From: an uncultured Gammaproteobacteria bacterium
Lineage (GTDB): Bacteria; Patescibacteriota; Microgenomatia; UBA8517
Length of the DNA stretch: 64,000 bases
Direction of reading: 5' to 3'
Assembly (NCBI GenBank): GCA_964429215.1
Contig: CAYSAY010000002.1
Coordinates: 33,812-97,811 of the forward strand
The notes beneath the pieces were generated by a model. The model searched no databases. It worked only from the letters and a program-made list of their open reading frames with translations, and was not told the DNA's origin. Shown here piece after piece: positions 9,079-19,003 of this stretch. The first letter of the stretch is position 1. The number at the start of each line of letters is the position of its first letter. Position numbers and translations under genes: made by a program.

Positions 9079-10265
9079 TTTGGGCTGTTTTTGCAAGGGG
9101 AGTATTTCGTGTACTAACTATTGCAAAGACCTTTATTTTAGCAAGAATTCTTAGCCCTTCTCAGTTTGGCGTATTTGGAATAGCCTTTTTGGTTTTAGGT
9201 TTGCTTGAAATGTTAACTGAAACTGGTGTTAACGTAGTGCTTATTCAACAGGACAAAAAGATTGATGATTATATTAATACTGGATGGGTTGTATCCATAA
9301 TCAGAGGAATTTTAATTTCTTTATTGATTGTCATATTAGTTCCAGTAATTACTTTATTTTTCAATTCTCCAGAATCAAAAAATATTTTATATTTAACAGC
9401 AATAATTCCATTCTTACGAGGGTTTATTAATCCGTCTGTGGTTAAATATCAAAAAGACTTGGAATTTAATAAAGAATTTGCGTTTAGATCTGCAATTATA
9501 TTTGTTGAAGTTTTTGCAACAATAGTTATTGCATCAATTTTAAAGAGTGAAAATTCACTTGTTTTTGGGTTAATTATCTCTGTGTTACTTGAAATTGTTC
9601 TTTCTTTTGTATTTTTAAAGCCAAGACCAAAATTTGAATTTGATTACAAGAAATTGTCTAATATGATTTCTAAAGGTAAGTGGATGACGGGAGCTAAAAT
9701 ATTTGATTATTTATTTACACATGGTGATGACATTGTCGTTGGAAAACTTTTGGGGAGTTTTAGTTTAGGTATTTATCAGCAAGCTTACAAAATATCAAGT
9801 TTACCTATTTACGATATTGCTGAAACATTTCAAAAAGTCACATTTGCGACATACTCTAAATTAATTTCTGAAAAGAAGAAGGTGATTTCTGTTTATATTA
9901 AAACTCTTATAGCAACCTCTGCAGTTATTATTCCATTTGGAATTATGATATACATATTTCCAAATCAAATAGTGTTGCTTCTTTTAGGTGAAAAGTGGTT
10001 AAGTGCCGTACCTGTTTTAAAGGTGCTTGCAGTTTTTGGAATAATAAAAACTTTAGCAAATAGTGTTTTTCCGATACTTTTAGCATATAAAAGACAAGAC
10101 TTGTTAATGATATTAACATTAATAGGAATTATTGGCTTGGGTATCACAATTTACCCATTAACTTTAAAATATGGTTTAGTAGGCGCAGGGATATCTACAA
10201 TTATTGGAAGTTTAGTAATGATCCCACCTGCTTATTATTGGTTGAAAAAAGTTACTCATGAATAG
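9063..10265 (+). CDS. polysaccharide biosynthesis protein / Wzx-type flippase
   Basis: 400 aa, about 12 TM segments, typical Polysacc_synt architecture; overlaps the upstream GT2 end. Confidence 0.65.
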   Translation: MRKNLIWAVFARGVFRVLTIAKTFILARILSPSQFGVFGIAFLVLGLLEMLTETGVNVVLIQQDKKIDDYINTGWVVSIIRGILISLLIVILVPVITLFFNSPESKNILYLTAIIPFLRGFINPSVVKYQKDLEFNKEFAFRSAIIFVEVFATIVIASILKSENSLVFGLIISVLLEIVLSFVFLKPRPKFEFDYKKLSNMISKGKWMTGAKIFDYLFTHGDDIVVGKLLGSFSLGIYQQAYKISSLPIYDIAETFQKVTFATYSKLISEKKKVISVYIKTLIATSAVIIPFGIMIYIFPNQIVLLLLGEKWLSAVPVLKVLAVFGIIKTLANSVFPILLAYKRQDLLMILTLIGIIGLGITIYPLTLKYGLVGAGISTIIGSLVMIPPAYYWLKKVTHE

Positions 10266-10279
10266 TTTCTATATGAAGT

Positions 10280-11506
10280 ATGAATAGCGTGTATTTAAAT
10301 TATTATTTTAATGGAGAACTTGGTAGAGAGTTAATTTATTTACGGGAGATAGCACTAAGTCATGCCTTACCTCTTGTAGGACTTACTACATCTCATGAAT
10401 GGTTATCTTACGGTCCATTTTATTATTGGATAATGCTTCCTTTCTTTAACTTGTTTCAAGGCAACCCATACAGTTTGTTCTATGTGGTATTTGCTGTTTC
10501 TTTTTTAGGTTTGTTTTTAAACTACTATGTAGTTAATAAGATTATTAATAAAAACATTGCCCTAATTTCAACTATTATGCTTGCCATATCTCCTTTATTA
10601 GTTTGGCAAACAAGGCTTTCTAAATTGCATACTTTCTTTTTTATATTAAGTCCAATACTTATGTATTTACTACATAAATTATGGAATAAAGAAAAAAAAT
10701 ATTTATTTTGGACTGGACTAACATTTGGATTAATGTTTAGTTTCCACTTAAGTCAAATACCACTCTTCGCTGTGATCATATATTTATTATTTATGAAGAA
10801 ATATGATCTTAAAAGCTATGTATTACTCACACTAGGAGTAATAACACCTAATATCGGATTAATTATAGATAACCTTAAGATTTTAATCTGGATTCCTTAC
10901 AGAATAATAAAATATCCAATTGTTGAAATTGGAAATACTTTTCACTCAGTCTATGAGTACTTAGGGAAAAATTTAATTTGGAATAAAGATTTGTGGTTGA
11001 TACCTTTAATTTTAACAATATTTTTATTTATCCATTATGTACGAATAAATTGGAAAAGTTACAAAAATAATTTTATAACTTTTTATTTAATATCGATTAT
11101 TGGTATTACGTTTATAGCAAATATACTTCATGGTGGAGCGCCAGTTCATTACTTTTTACCAATATATACTACGATACCTTTATTTTTGTCGATCTATATA
11201 GCTAAATTAAAATATTGGCCTATTATTACAATAATTATATTTTTTGTAAATTTTAATTTTTACTTTCACTTTGCAAACCCTGATGATTTTATTCCAATAG
11301 CAAGTCAAAACGAATTGGCAAAAAAAACAGTTAATGAAGCAAATGGTAAAGAAATAAATTTAAAACGAATTGGGCCTAATGATAATTATCCTGAAGATTA
11401 TGCACAGAACTATAAATATCTAATTTTGTGGAATGGTGGTAAATTAAGTGAAAATTCTGAATATGTTGTTACCATTAATGAATATGAATACTTTAACCTT
11501 AAATAA
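10280..11506 (+). CDS. polytopic membrane protein, possibly GT-C fold (ArnT/PMT-like) glycosyltransferase
   Basis: 408 aa, many TM helices followed by a soluble C-terminal domain; assignment is by architecture only. Confidence 0.35.
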   Translation: MNSVYLNYYFNGELGRELIYLREIALSHALPLVGLTTSHEWLSYGPFYYWIMLPFFNLFQGNPYSLFYVVFAVSFLGLFLNYYVVNKIINKNIALISTIMLAISPLLVWQTRLSKLHTFFFILSPILMYLLHKLWNKEKKYLFWTGLTFGLMFSFHLSQIPLFAVIIYLLFMKKYDLKSYVLLTLGVITPNIGLIIDNLKILIWIPYRIIKYPIVEIGNTFHSVYEYLGKNLIWNKDLWLIPLILTIFLFIHYVRINWKSYKNNFITFYLISIIGITFIANILHGGAPVHYFLPIYTTIPLFLSIYIAKLKYWPIITIIIFFVNFNFYFHFANPDDFIPIASQNELAKKTVNEANGKEINLKRIGPNDNYPEDYAQNYKYLILWNGGKLSENSEYVVTINEYEYFNLK

Positions 11507-12044
11507 AACTAACATTACTGACTTTGCAAAGGAACGTAATGAATTGCTAAAGAAGTCTAAATCTGAGTGGAATTTATTTTTAGATAATGATGAGACAATT
11601 ACTAATCCAATAAATCAGTTATTCAGTAAAACAATAAACGATGCATACTATATTTACAGGAAGAATTATTTTTTAGGAAAATATGTTGGGACTGATAAAA
11701 TAATTCGTTTGGTAAAAAAGGGAACTGGAAAATGGATGAGAGGGGTGCATGAAGTTTGGGTTCCAAATGATTTGTTACGTGTAGGAGTTATTAATGATAG
11801 TTTCATTACTCACAATACTGCGTCAAATTTGGCTTTATATTTAGAAAAAGTAAATTACTATTCAACATTGCATGCAAAAGCTAATTTTAATGAAGGAAAA
11901 AGATCAAGTATTTTTAAAATTATATTTTATCCAATTGCTAAATTTATATTTACATTTGTGAAATCAAGACATGTTGTATTTAGTATAATGCAGTCACTGC
12001 ACTCTTTTATATCATGGTCAAAATTATATTTGCGACAATATTAA
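11448..12044 (+). CDS. glycosyltransferase family 2 (KdtX/WaaE-like) lacking the usual N-terminal ~50 aa
   Basis: WNLFLDNDE (DxD), RLVKKGTGKWMRGVHEVW, LALYLEKVNYYSTLHA match the GT2 KdtX-type pattern. Its start overlaps the upstream gene by 59 nt. Confidence 0.45.
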   Translation: MKILNMLLPLMNMNTLTLNKTNITDFAKERNELLKKSKSEWNLFLDNDETITNPINQLFSKTINDAYYIYRKNYFLGKYVGTDKIIRLVKKGTGKWMRGVHEVWVPNDLLRVGVINDSFITHNTASNLALYLEKVNYYSTLHAKANFNEGKRSSIFKIIFYPIAKFIFTFVKSRHVVFSIMQSLHSFISWSKLYLRQY

Positions 12045-13066
12045 TTCTTTTTCCTTTAGGGCAGTTAACTAAAATTAACGGTGTTAATTTAATAGATGTT
12101 GCTGTAGGTTTGCTAGCAGTAATAACAATTCTTAAAAGACCAAAATATCCAGAGTGGTTTAAATATTTTTTATATTTTATTTTGTTCTGTGTGTTCGGTT
12201 TATTGGTCAACTATGCACTATTCTCTATACCCTCTGCACTATACCTAGTCCGTTTACTTGCCTATTCTTTTGTTGCAGTTTATGTTTTTAACTATGTTAA
12301 AGACAAAACAGCTATTAGTCATTGGCTATTGGCTATTAGCACGGCGTCGGCTGCACTCGGCTGGGCGCAGTACTTATTGCTTCCTGATACACGATTCATA
12401 TTTAACTATGGTTGGGATGACCATTTATATAGAATGATAGGAACTTTTTTTGATCCAACATATTTAGCACTTATTATTTTATTAGGTATTATTGTTGCAA
12501 TTTATACAAAGAGCAATAAAGTTTTTTGGTTTCTTTTGATTAGCTTAGCCTTTACTTATTCTAGGGCAACATATTTGGCCTTAGGATTATTACTTTTGTA
12601 TAAGAAGAAATTTGTAGCAATTGTAGTTTTTGCAATTGTTGTAATGTTATTACCTAAAATGCTTTCGGAAGGAACTGATTTTGGCAGAGTAGTTAGTGGT
12701 AATAATAAATTAAATAATTATATTGAAACTACTCAGATATTTTTAAAATCACCTGTACTTGGAATTGGATTTAATAATTTGTGTAGTGCAAAAGTAAAGT
12801 ATCTAAACGTTACAAACACAGAGTCGCATGCTTGTTCAGGTTCTGATTCTTCGATATTATTTCTACTTGCGACAACAGGGATTGTTGGTTTAATTTTTTT
12901 CATAAATTTTGTATCAAAAATGCCTAAAAGTCAATTGCTAGTGACTAGCGCTGTAGTTGTGCTGATACATAGCATTTTTGCCAACAGTTTATTTTATCCA
13001 CATATCATGTTCTGGTTATTCGCACTTGTAGGGTTAAAGGCTGAAGTTAACAATAAAAGAAGTTGA
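12014..13066 (+). CDS. O-antigen ligase / Wzy-like membrane protein
   Basis: Polytopic protein with AFTYSRATYLALGLLLL Wzy_C-type motif. Confidence 0.6.
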   Translation: MVKIIFATILILFPLGQLTKINGVNLIDVAVGLLAVITILKRPKYPEWFKYFLYFILFCVFGLLVNYALFSIPSALYLVRLLAYSFVAVYVFNYVKDKTAISHWLLAISTASAALGWAQYLLLPDTRFIFNYGWDDHLYRMIGTFFDPTYLALIILLGIIVAIYTKSNKVFWFLLISLAFTYSRATYLALGLLLLYKKKFVAIVVFAIVVMLLPKMLSEGTDFGRVVSGNNKLNNYIETTQIFLKSPVLGIGFNNLCSAKVKYLNVTNTESHACSGSDSSILFLLATTGIVGLIFFINFVSKMPKSQLLVTSAVVVLIHSIFANSLFYPHIMFWLFALVGLKAEVNNKRS

Positions 13067-13747
13067 TGTTTCATTTCCTGCAGGATCGACTGCTTTTACA
13101 TCAAATTTGTTTTCACCTTCTGTGAGTGTAGTTGTAAAGGTAAATGTTCCGTCATCTTTTAAAGAAACAAATCTATCATTTATTGTTAAGTCTGCAGATT
13201 CGTCAACTGTACCTTTTACTGTTAATTGCCTCTGTCCTGGTCCGTAATAGGATGAACCATCTTTAGGACTTTCCACAACAAGTTCTGGCTCAGTATTATC
13301 ATAAATAATTTTGTATGTTTTAGTTTGTGTACTTGAATTACCTGCAGTATCTTTCGCTATAGCATCAATTGAATTTTCTCCTTTATCTAAATTGAATACA
13401 AATGTGAATTGTCCTTCATTATTTGCAACAACTTCACTGACACTATTATTTGATCTTATTGAAATAACTGCTCCATTTTCAGAAATTCCAGTAATTTCTA
13501 GGTTTTCATCTTTAGAGAACTCTGGTATATTTTCAAATTGTGGAGGGGCAGGTGGCGTTGTGTCTGTTATTTCTATTGGTTTATTTGAATCTCCGATATT
13601 ACCTATAAAACCTGCAAATTTAACTAAAGTTGGTAAACCTAAAAATATTAAAAAAACTATAGCAATAATCGATAGTAATACATAGGTAACTGCTCTTCTA
13701 ATATTTCTCTTTTCTTCAACCGAGGCTAATCTAGAATATTTTTTCAT
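13034..13747 (-). CDS. membrane-anchored surface protein with tandem bacterial Ig-like domains
   Basis: N-terminal TM, then beta-rich repeats (TVKGTVDESADLTINDRFV..., GENKFDVKAVDPAGNETS) typical of Big-like folds. Confidence 0.45.
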   Translation of the reverse strand: MKKYSRLASVEEKRNIRRAVTYVLLSIIAIVFLIFLGLPTLVKFAGFIGNIGDSNKPIEITDTTPPAPPQFENIPEFSKDENLEITGISENGAVISIRSNNSVSEVVANNEGQFTFVFNLDKGENSIDAIAKDTAGNSSTQTKTYKIIYDNTEPELVVESPKDGSSYYGPGQRQLTVKGTVDESADLTINDRFVSLKDDGTFTFTTTLTEGENKFDVKAVDPAGNETSTSFIVNFSL

Positions 13748-13760
13748 CGTATATAGTATA

Positions 13761-14606
13761 ATGTATTTTATACCACTTTATATGGATAAATACAAAGCAG
13801 TTTGGGTAAGTCATTCTTCAATTTCAGATTTTTTAGTTTGTCCACGTGCTTATTACCTTCGAAATGTGTATAAAGATCCAAAAACTGGTAATAAAATAAC
13901 TGTAACTTCACCTGCCTTGTCACTTGGCCAGGCTGTTCATGAAGTTGTGGAAAGTCTTTCTGTGTTGCCTGTTGAAGACAGGCTTAAAATATCACTTCTC
14001 AAAAAATTTGATGTTGCCTGGGAGAAAGTATCAGGAAAACTGGGTGGGTTTAAATCAAAAGAGGAGGAAGAGACTTATAAAGAGCGTGGTACAGTAATGC
14101 TTAAAAGAGTAGAAGAACATCCTGGACCTATTTTAAATAAAGCCGTCAAATTGCCTTCTGATTTTATACCTAATTATTATCTCTCTGAGGAAGATGAAAT
14201 AATTCTTTGTGGAAAGATTGACTGGTTGGAATATGTAGAGGCTACTGATTCAGTTCATATTATTGATTTTAAAACTGGTAAAAATGAAGAAGATGGTGAA
14301 TCACTTCAGCTTCCAATTTACTTATTGCTTGCTACAAATTTACAAAGCCGAGCAGTATCAAAGGCATCTTATTGGTATTTGGACAAGTCTGATGATTTGA
14401 TTGAAAAAGAATTACCTAATATCGTTGACAGTAAAGATAAAGTTTTAACTGTTGCTAGACGTATTAAACTTGCAAGGCAACTTAACCATTTTGTTTGTCC
14501 TAAAAATGGTTGTATGAAATGTAGGCCACTTGAAAGAGTTTTAAAAAATGAAGGTGAAAAGGTAGGTACTTCAGATACTAGACAAGATATTTATATTTTG
14601 CCATAA
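13761..14606 (+). CDS. PD-(D/E)XK nuclease, Cas4/RecB-like with Cys cluster
   Basis: GKIDWLE (D) and IIDFKTGK (DxK) core. One N-terminal Cys (VCPRAYY) plus C-terminal CPKNGCMKC, as in Cas4/AddB-type FeS nucleases. Confidence 0.6.
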   Translation: MYFIPLYMDKYKAVWVSHSSISDFLVCPRAYYLRNVYKDPKTGNKITVTSPALSLGQAVHEVVESLSVLPVEDRLKISLLKKFDVAWEKVSGKLGGFKSKEEEETYKERGTVMLKRVEEHPGPILNKAVKLPSDFIPNYYLSEEDEIILCGKIDWLEYVEATDSVHIIDFKTGKNEEDGESLQLPIYLLLATNLQSRAVSKASYWYLDKSDDLIEKELPNIVDSKDKVLTVARRIKLARQLNHFVCPKNGCMKCRPLERVLKNEGEKVGTSDTRQDIYILP

Positions 14607-14610
14607 ATTC

Positions 14611-15114
14611 ATGCAAAAAAAAGTTGTTGTAAACAATATTATGCAAAAAGATTTTGTATACTATTTGACGGAAAAAATTGGTCATAATTTTGATCCAGAT
14701 TTTAAACCAGAATTAACACCACAAGAAATGCTTGCACTCGGAGTTTTTGGTGGTAAATATATGACAGATTGCAAAAATGAATTCCCTGAAGATTAGTATA
14801 AAACTGCTAAATTATGCCATGAAAAACATGATTCAGAATTAAATTTTTTTAAAGTAAATGCTAGTCAGCCACTATCTGTTTGGATTAAAAAAGGATGGAT
14901 AAATGAAGATGATCCAAGAGGTTGGTTTCAGTGGTATTGTAGATATTTTATGGGAAGAAGAACACTTGATGACGAAAGACAAATAAAGAGGTGGAAATCT
15001 TTTAAACGGCATGTATCACAAGTTAAAATAAATTGTAAAAAAGGTGATTTAAGTTGCAGAATTGTACAAAGACAAGCACTACTTCATTGGGCATATGATT
15101 CAAGAGTGATTTAG
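14611..15114 (+). pseudogene. conserved hypothetical protein (GWFQWYCRYFMGRR motif) interrupted by in-frame TAG at 14794-14796
   Basis: The 61 aa ORF continues in the same frame for 105 stop-free codons to TAG at 15112-15114; verified codon by codon. Context FPED-TAG-YKT is compatible with an original Trp codon. Confidence 0.5.
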
Positions 15115-15121
15115 GAAATAT

Positions 15122-16150
15122 ATGATAATCAAAAAATTATTTTTAATTATTTTAATAGTACTAGCGATTTATTTTGTTTATTCACGTTTTTCAAAAGAAG
15201 ATAAAATTATTGATTTAATTAGTCAAAATAATAATATTGAAAAACCTCAAGAAAGTTTTGCATTTGAAGAAATGACAATTCCATATCTTCAAGATAGAAC
15301 GTATGAAAGTAAATTAAATGATTTAAGTGTTTTGTCTGAAAATAGTAATTACACATCTTATTTAACTTCGTACTCATCTGATGACTTAAAAATAAATGGT
15401 CTCCTTACAATTCCTAAAGGAGAAGTGCCTGATGGTGGATTTCCAGCAATTGTTTTTGTTCATGGATATATACCACCTGAAAGTTATAGAACCACTGAAA
15501 AATATACTGCCTATGTTGATTATTTAGCAAGAAATGGTTTTGTTGTGTTTAAAATTGATTTAAGAGGGCATGGAAGTTCTGAAGGCACTCCTGGAGGAGC
15601 ATATTATTCTAGTGATTATGTAATTGATACATTAAATGCATACCCAGCCTTGCAAAATGCAGACTTTGTGAATAAAAATAAAATTGGTTTGTGGGGGCAT
15701 AGTATGGCAGGAAATGTAACTTTTAGGAGTATGGTTGTTAAAAAAGATATACCTGCGGTTGTTATCTGGGGTGGTGCTGGGTTTACCTATTCTGATTTCT
15801 TGGAGTTAGGTATTGGGGATAATAGTTACAGGCCTCCTACTAATAATTCAGAAAGAGCGAGGAAAAGAAAAGAGCTAATGGATAGTTATGGGCAGTTTGA
15901 CCCTAATAGTTGGTTTTGGAAACAAGTTACTCCGATTAATTATGTAGATGGGGTTACAACAAAAATACAACTACACCATGCAACAGATGATGATGTTGTA
16001 AATATTGAATATAGTAGAAACTTGAAGAATATTCTTTCAGAAAAAAATTTTGATTTAGAATTATTTGAATATCCAAACGGAGGTCATAACATTTCAGGCG
16101 CATCATTTTCCAAAGCAATGCAACAGACAGTTGAGTTATTTAAAAAGTGA
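15122..16150 (+). CDS. alpha/beta hydrolase (S9 prolyl-oligopeptidase/dienelactone-hydrolase-like), membrane anchored
   Basis: N-terminal TM; VFVHGY..., DLRGHGSSEG, nucleophile elbow GHSMAG. Confidence 0.6.
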   Translation: MIIKKLFLIILIVLAIYFVYSRFSKEDKIIDLISQNNNIEKPQESFAFEEMTIPYLQDRTYESKLNDLSVLSENSNYTSYLTSYSSDDLKINGLLTIPKGEVPDGGFPAIVFVHGYIPPESYRTTEKYTAYVDYLARNGFVVFKIDLRGHGSSEGTPGGAYYSSDYVIDTLNAYPALQNADFVNKNKIGLWGHSMAGNVTFRSMVVKKDIPAVVIWGGAGFTYSDFLELGIGDNSYRPPTNNSERARKRKELMDSYGQFDPNSWFWKQVTPINYVDGVTTKIQLHHATDDDVVNIEYSRNLKNILSEKNFDLELFEYPNGGHNISGASFSKAMQQTVELFKK

Positions 16151-16218
16151 ACTATAATCGCAATATAGCAATTCCGATTTTAGAATTTGCTTCTGCTCAC
16201 AAAAAATATAAATAAAAT

Positions 16219-16533
16219 ATGACAATTGAAGATAGGTTACGCGAGATAAGGGGATTAGCTTCACCAAGAAAAATTAATGCGGTTATTCACCCGGTTGAAT
16301 CAGATGCTAACACAATATTCAGTTCTTTACCTGACGATGTAAAAGCAAGATTAGATAGAGGGTCTGGTAAATTAGAAAGAAAAAAAAGATTTCTTAAAAA
16401 TTTGCAATCATTAGTTGAAGGTGGTTTTTCAATATCTCATTTAGTTCAAATGGATGACGAATGTGTAGATAATAAAGGTAGAATTAAAGAAGATAGGCTT
16501 AGAGATATAATCGCTGGCAAACATGACGATTAA
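16219..16533 (+). CDS. hypothetical protein
   Basis: 104 aa, charged, no motif. Confidence 0.35.
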   Translation: MTIEDRLREIRGLASPRKINAVIHPVESDANTIFSSLPDDVKARLDRGSGKLERKKRFLKNLQSLVEGGFSISHLVQMDDECVDNKGRIKEDRLRDIIAGKHDD

Positions 16534-17483
16534 TTTAAATATCTTTTAATTTTTAAATCTTCAAGTAAACTAATTTCAATTTTTAATTTTTCTTTAAAAC
16601 TAAATATTGCTTCATTTTCACCAAATTTATCAAATTCTAATCTTGCCGGGATGTTATCCTTTATCATTTTTGGGAAATCTCCTAATCTATCTCCTGTTAA
16701 AATTAAATGAATTCCTGCATATGCGCCCATTGAAGATAATCTTTTTATTGCATCCTCAATTTCTACACTGTATAGGTTGAAAACTGTACCTATGTAAATA
16801 ATTACAGGAAATTTTTGAGATTCATTTTTATTCAGTATTTCAATTCTTCTATCTATTTCACGAGATAGCCATCTTAGTGCAGATAATGATTTGTCAGTTT
16901 CGTTAATTATTGGAGCAAGAAGATGGGGAATATTATTAAATTTACTAAGATTGTTTGTTGCGTCGTCGATGATTAGTCTGACATCTTCTAAAGTAAACTT
17001 AGATAATAAAAATAATAAATATGTTTTTAGGAATTCATATTTTTTACTGATAATATTACCTGTAACTATTAAATTACCAATTTTACTAAAATCTGTGTTT
17101 AGATACGGTATATCAAGTGGATTGTTTAGAGATTTGACCTCGTCTGGCAAGAAATCAGCAATAATTGGATTATATTTTTTAGTTGGATCAATAAGTTCTT
17201 CTTTTTTCTCAATAATTAACATTTCACTATTCTTTTCCTTAAATTCCTTAAAAGATTTAATTAGTACCTCTCTTGGTCTACTACTACCATCAGAAGGAGT
17301 AAGTACTCCTGTGCTTTGTAATTGATCTATAAGTCTTGCGGCTCTTGCGTATCCGATCGAAAGTCTTCTTTGAAGTAGTGAAGCAGAAGCCCTATCGTAT
17401 TGAATACATGTCTTTACTGCTTCTTCTAATAAATTGTCTGGATCTACTGAAATTCCGGGAACTGATGAATATATATCTATCAT
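16530..17483 (-). CDS. FtsK-like protein with N-terminal gamma (KOPS-binding wHTH) domain and degenerate motor domain (Walker A/B lost)
   Basis: N-terminus DNLLEEAVKTCIQYDRASASLLQRRLSIGYARAARLIDQLQSTGVL matches FtsK gamma. Downstream LEDVRLIID..IPHLLAPI...ALRWLSREIDRR and AGIHLILTGDRLGDFPKMIKDNIPARLEF match the FtsK motor. Walker A is TGNIISKK and the Walker B position reads IIYIGTV instead of DE. Confidence 0.55.
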   Translation of the reverse strand: MIDIYSSVPGISVDPDNLLEEAVKTCIQYDRASASLLQRRLSIGYARAARLIDQLQSTGVLTPSDGSSRPREVLIKSFKEFKEKNSEMLIIEKKEELIDPTKKYNPIIADFLPDEVKSLNNPLDIPYLNTDFSKIGNLIVTGNIISKKYEFLKTYLLFLLSKFTLEDVRLIIDDATNNLSKFNNIPHLLAPIINETDKSLSALRWLSREIDRRIEILNKNESQKFPVIIYIGTVFNLYSVEIEDAIKRLSSMGAYAGIHLILTGDRLGDFPKMIKDNIPARLEFDKFGENEAIFSFKEKLKIEISLLEDLKIKRYLN

Positions 17484-17565
17484 AATTTTAATATAGTCCT
17501 AAAAAAATATATTTGCAAGAGTAGGGGAGTGGAAGGCATAAATTAAATTTGATATACTATAGTAT

Positions 17566-17817
17566 ATGGAAAAAAGAAAATTTGAAGAAGTTGGTTTAAA
17601 TGTTGCTACTAATCATAGAGAGGCTTCTTCTGAGGAAATTCTTGTGGCAATGGCCGTAGCAGGTCGTGCTATTAGCCCTAAAGAATTAGCAGCAATGTCA
17701 GGATATCCACTAACGACCGTAAAAAAGTGTTTAAATATTTTGAAAAGAGAAGCTTTAGTTGAAAAACACAGGGATGGACTGAGATTTTATTATTCACTGA
17801 GAGGAAAGCAAAAATAA
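17566..17817 (+). CDS. small winged-helix DNA-binding protein
   Basis: 83 aa; ISPKELAAMSGYPLTTVKKCLNILKREALVEK..GLRFYY is typical of wHTH. Confidence 0.4.
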   Translation: MEKRKFEEVGLNVATNHREASSEEILVAMAVAGRAISPKELAAMSGYPLTTVKKCLNILKREALVEKHRDGLRFYYSLRGKQK

Positions 17818-17820
17818 TTT

Positions 17821-18123
17821 ATGACTGAAGATCTAAGAATGATAGCGTGTGTACAAGGCAATTTAAATACACAATTGCCAGAAGCAGCTTTTCGCATTTC
17901 ATATGAATCAGGAGGTATACCGATTACTCCGTGTGCTGGATGCCAATTTAAAACTCATTTAGAAAGAATTGCTAAGATTGCAGAAGAAATAGCCAGAGCT
18001 AAAACGATAGGAGTTGCGTTAAAACAACATGAGAAACATGCAGTACTAGTTTTTGAACATAAAGAAAGACTGCATGTTAGATGTACCTGTCGTTGTTGTA
18101 CTGAAGTAGTTAAGGAAGAGTAG
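17821..18123 (+). CDS. Cys-rich hypothetical protein
   Basis: 100 aa; CAGCQFKTH ... RCTCRCCTE clusters suggest metal binding. Confidence 0.35.
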   Translation: MTEDLRMIACVQGNLNTQLPEAAFRISYESGGIPITPCAGCQFKTHLERIAKIAEEIARAKTIGVALKQHEKHAVLVFEHKERLHVRCTCRCCTEVVKEE

Positions 18124-18355
18124 AATTTAAAAAATTTAATCAAATACTGTAAAATACTCCATGGGAATAGAAAGCGAACGAGTTGAATATCAGTTAATTT
18201 AAAACCTGTATATAAAACTACCCCACAAGGGTGGGATTGTAGAAGCTGTATTGATTGAAAAGCCGAAAGTAAATTCAATTTCAATTGAAGAATTACTACT
18301 GAATTAGTTACTTCTGTTTGGAAATAGGTAAGCAAAAGTAAAATTTCATCTAAAT

Positions 18356-18697
18356 ATGGTGATGTACTATAATACCCAAATGCCAGAAATATTAAGATTG
18401 CCAGATTCAGGGCGCACAAATGAATTTTATGCTGATTTTACGTTGAAAGACGATGATGAATTTGTAGTGGTAACAGAAGGTTGGATATTTGCACCACATA
18501 GAGGTAATGAAATGATGGATATAATACAGTCCAAGCTCTCGTTATTAGCTCGTGATAGAAATAAGACCTTCATACATTTATATGAAGCCTCAACTATTGA
18601 AGGTAAAAAATTAGTTCAGCGAAATTCAAGATATAGCTATGTCGGAAGATCACATGCAGGTTATTCAGTTTATAAAGCTGTTTATGAACCAGAGTAA
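18356..18697 (+). CDS. hypothetical protein
   Basis: 113 aa ORF, no motif. Confidence 0.35.
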   Translation: MVMYYNTQMPEILRLPDSGRTNEFYADFTLKDDDEFVVVTEGWIFAPHRGNEMMDIIQSKLSLLARDRNKTFIHLYEASTIEGKKLVQRNSRYSYVGRSHAGYSVYKAVYEPE

Positions 18698-18709
18698 CAT
18701 TTTAGAACT

Positions 18710-18943
18710 ATGACAAACACAATTTTTACAAATAAGGCACTTTCAAAAATGAAAGATGTTGGACTTTCTGAATCCTTAGTGCTTGATGCTTTTAACTCCG
18801 GAATAGTTGAAAAGTGGTCTACTGGAGGTGGGTATAATAGTGTTAAAAAATATAATGGCTACGAAATTGGAGTTGCTTGGCTTCGAGACGAAAAAGGTGC
18901 ATACATAATCACTTCAGTTTGGAAAAGAGATAATAGGAGATAA
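18710..18943 (+). CDS. hypothetical protein
   Basis: 77 aa ORF. Confidence 0.3.
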   Translation: MTNTIFTNKALSKMKDVGLSESLVLDAFNSGIVEKWSTGGGYNSVKKYNGYEIGVAWLRDEKGAYIITSVWKRDNRR

Positions 18944-19003
18944 TCTTATTTGCAATTTATATAGTTGATCTTTCTTCTGTTTTGATCAAAGATCAGAATA
19001 GGT

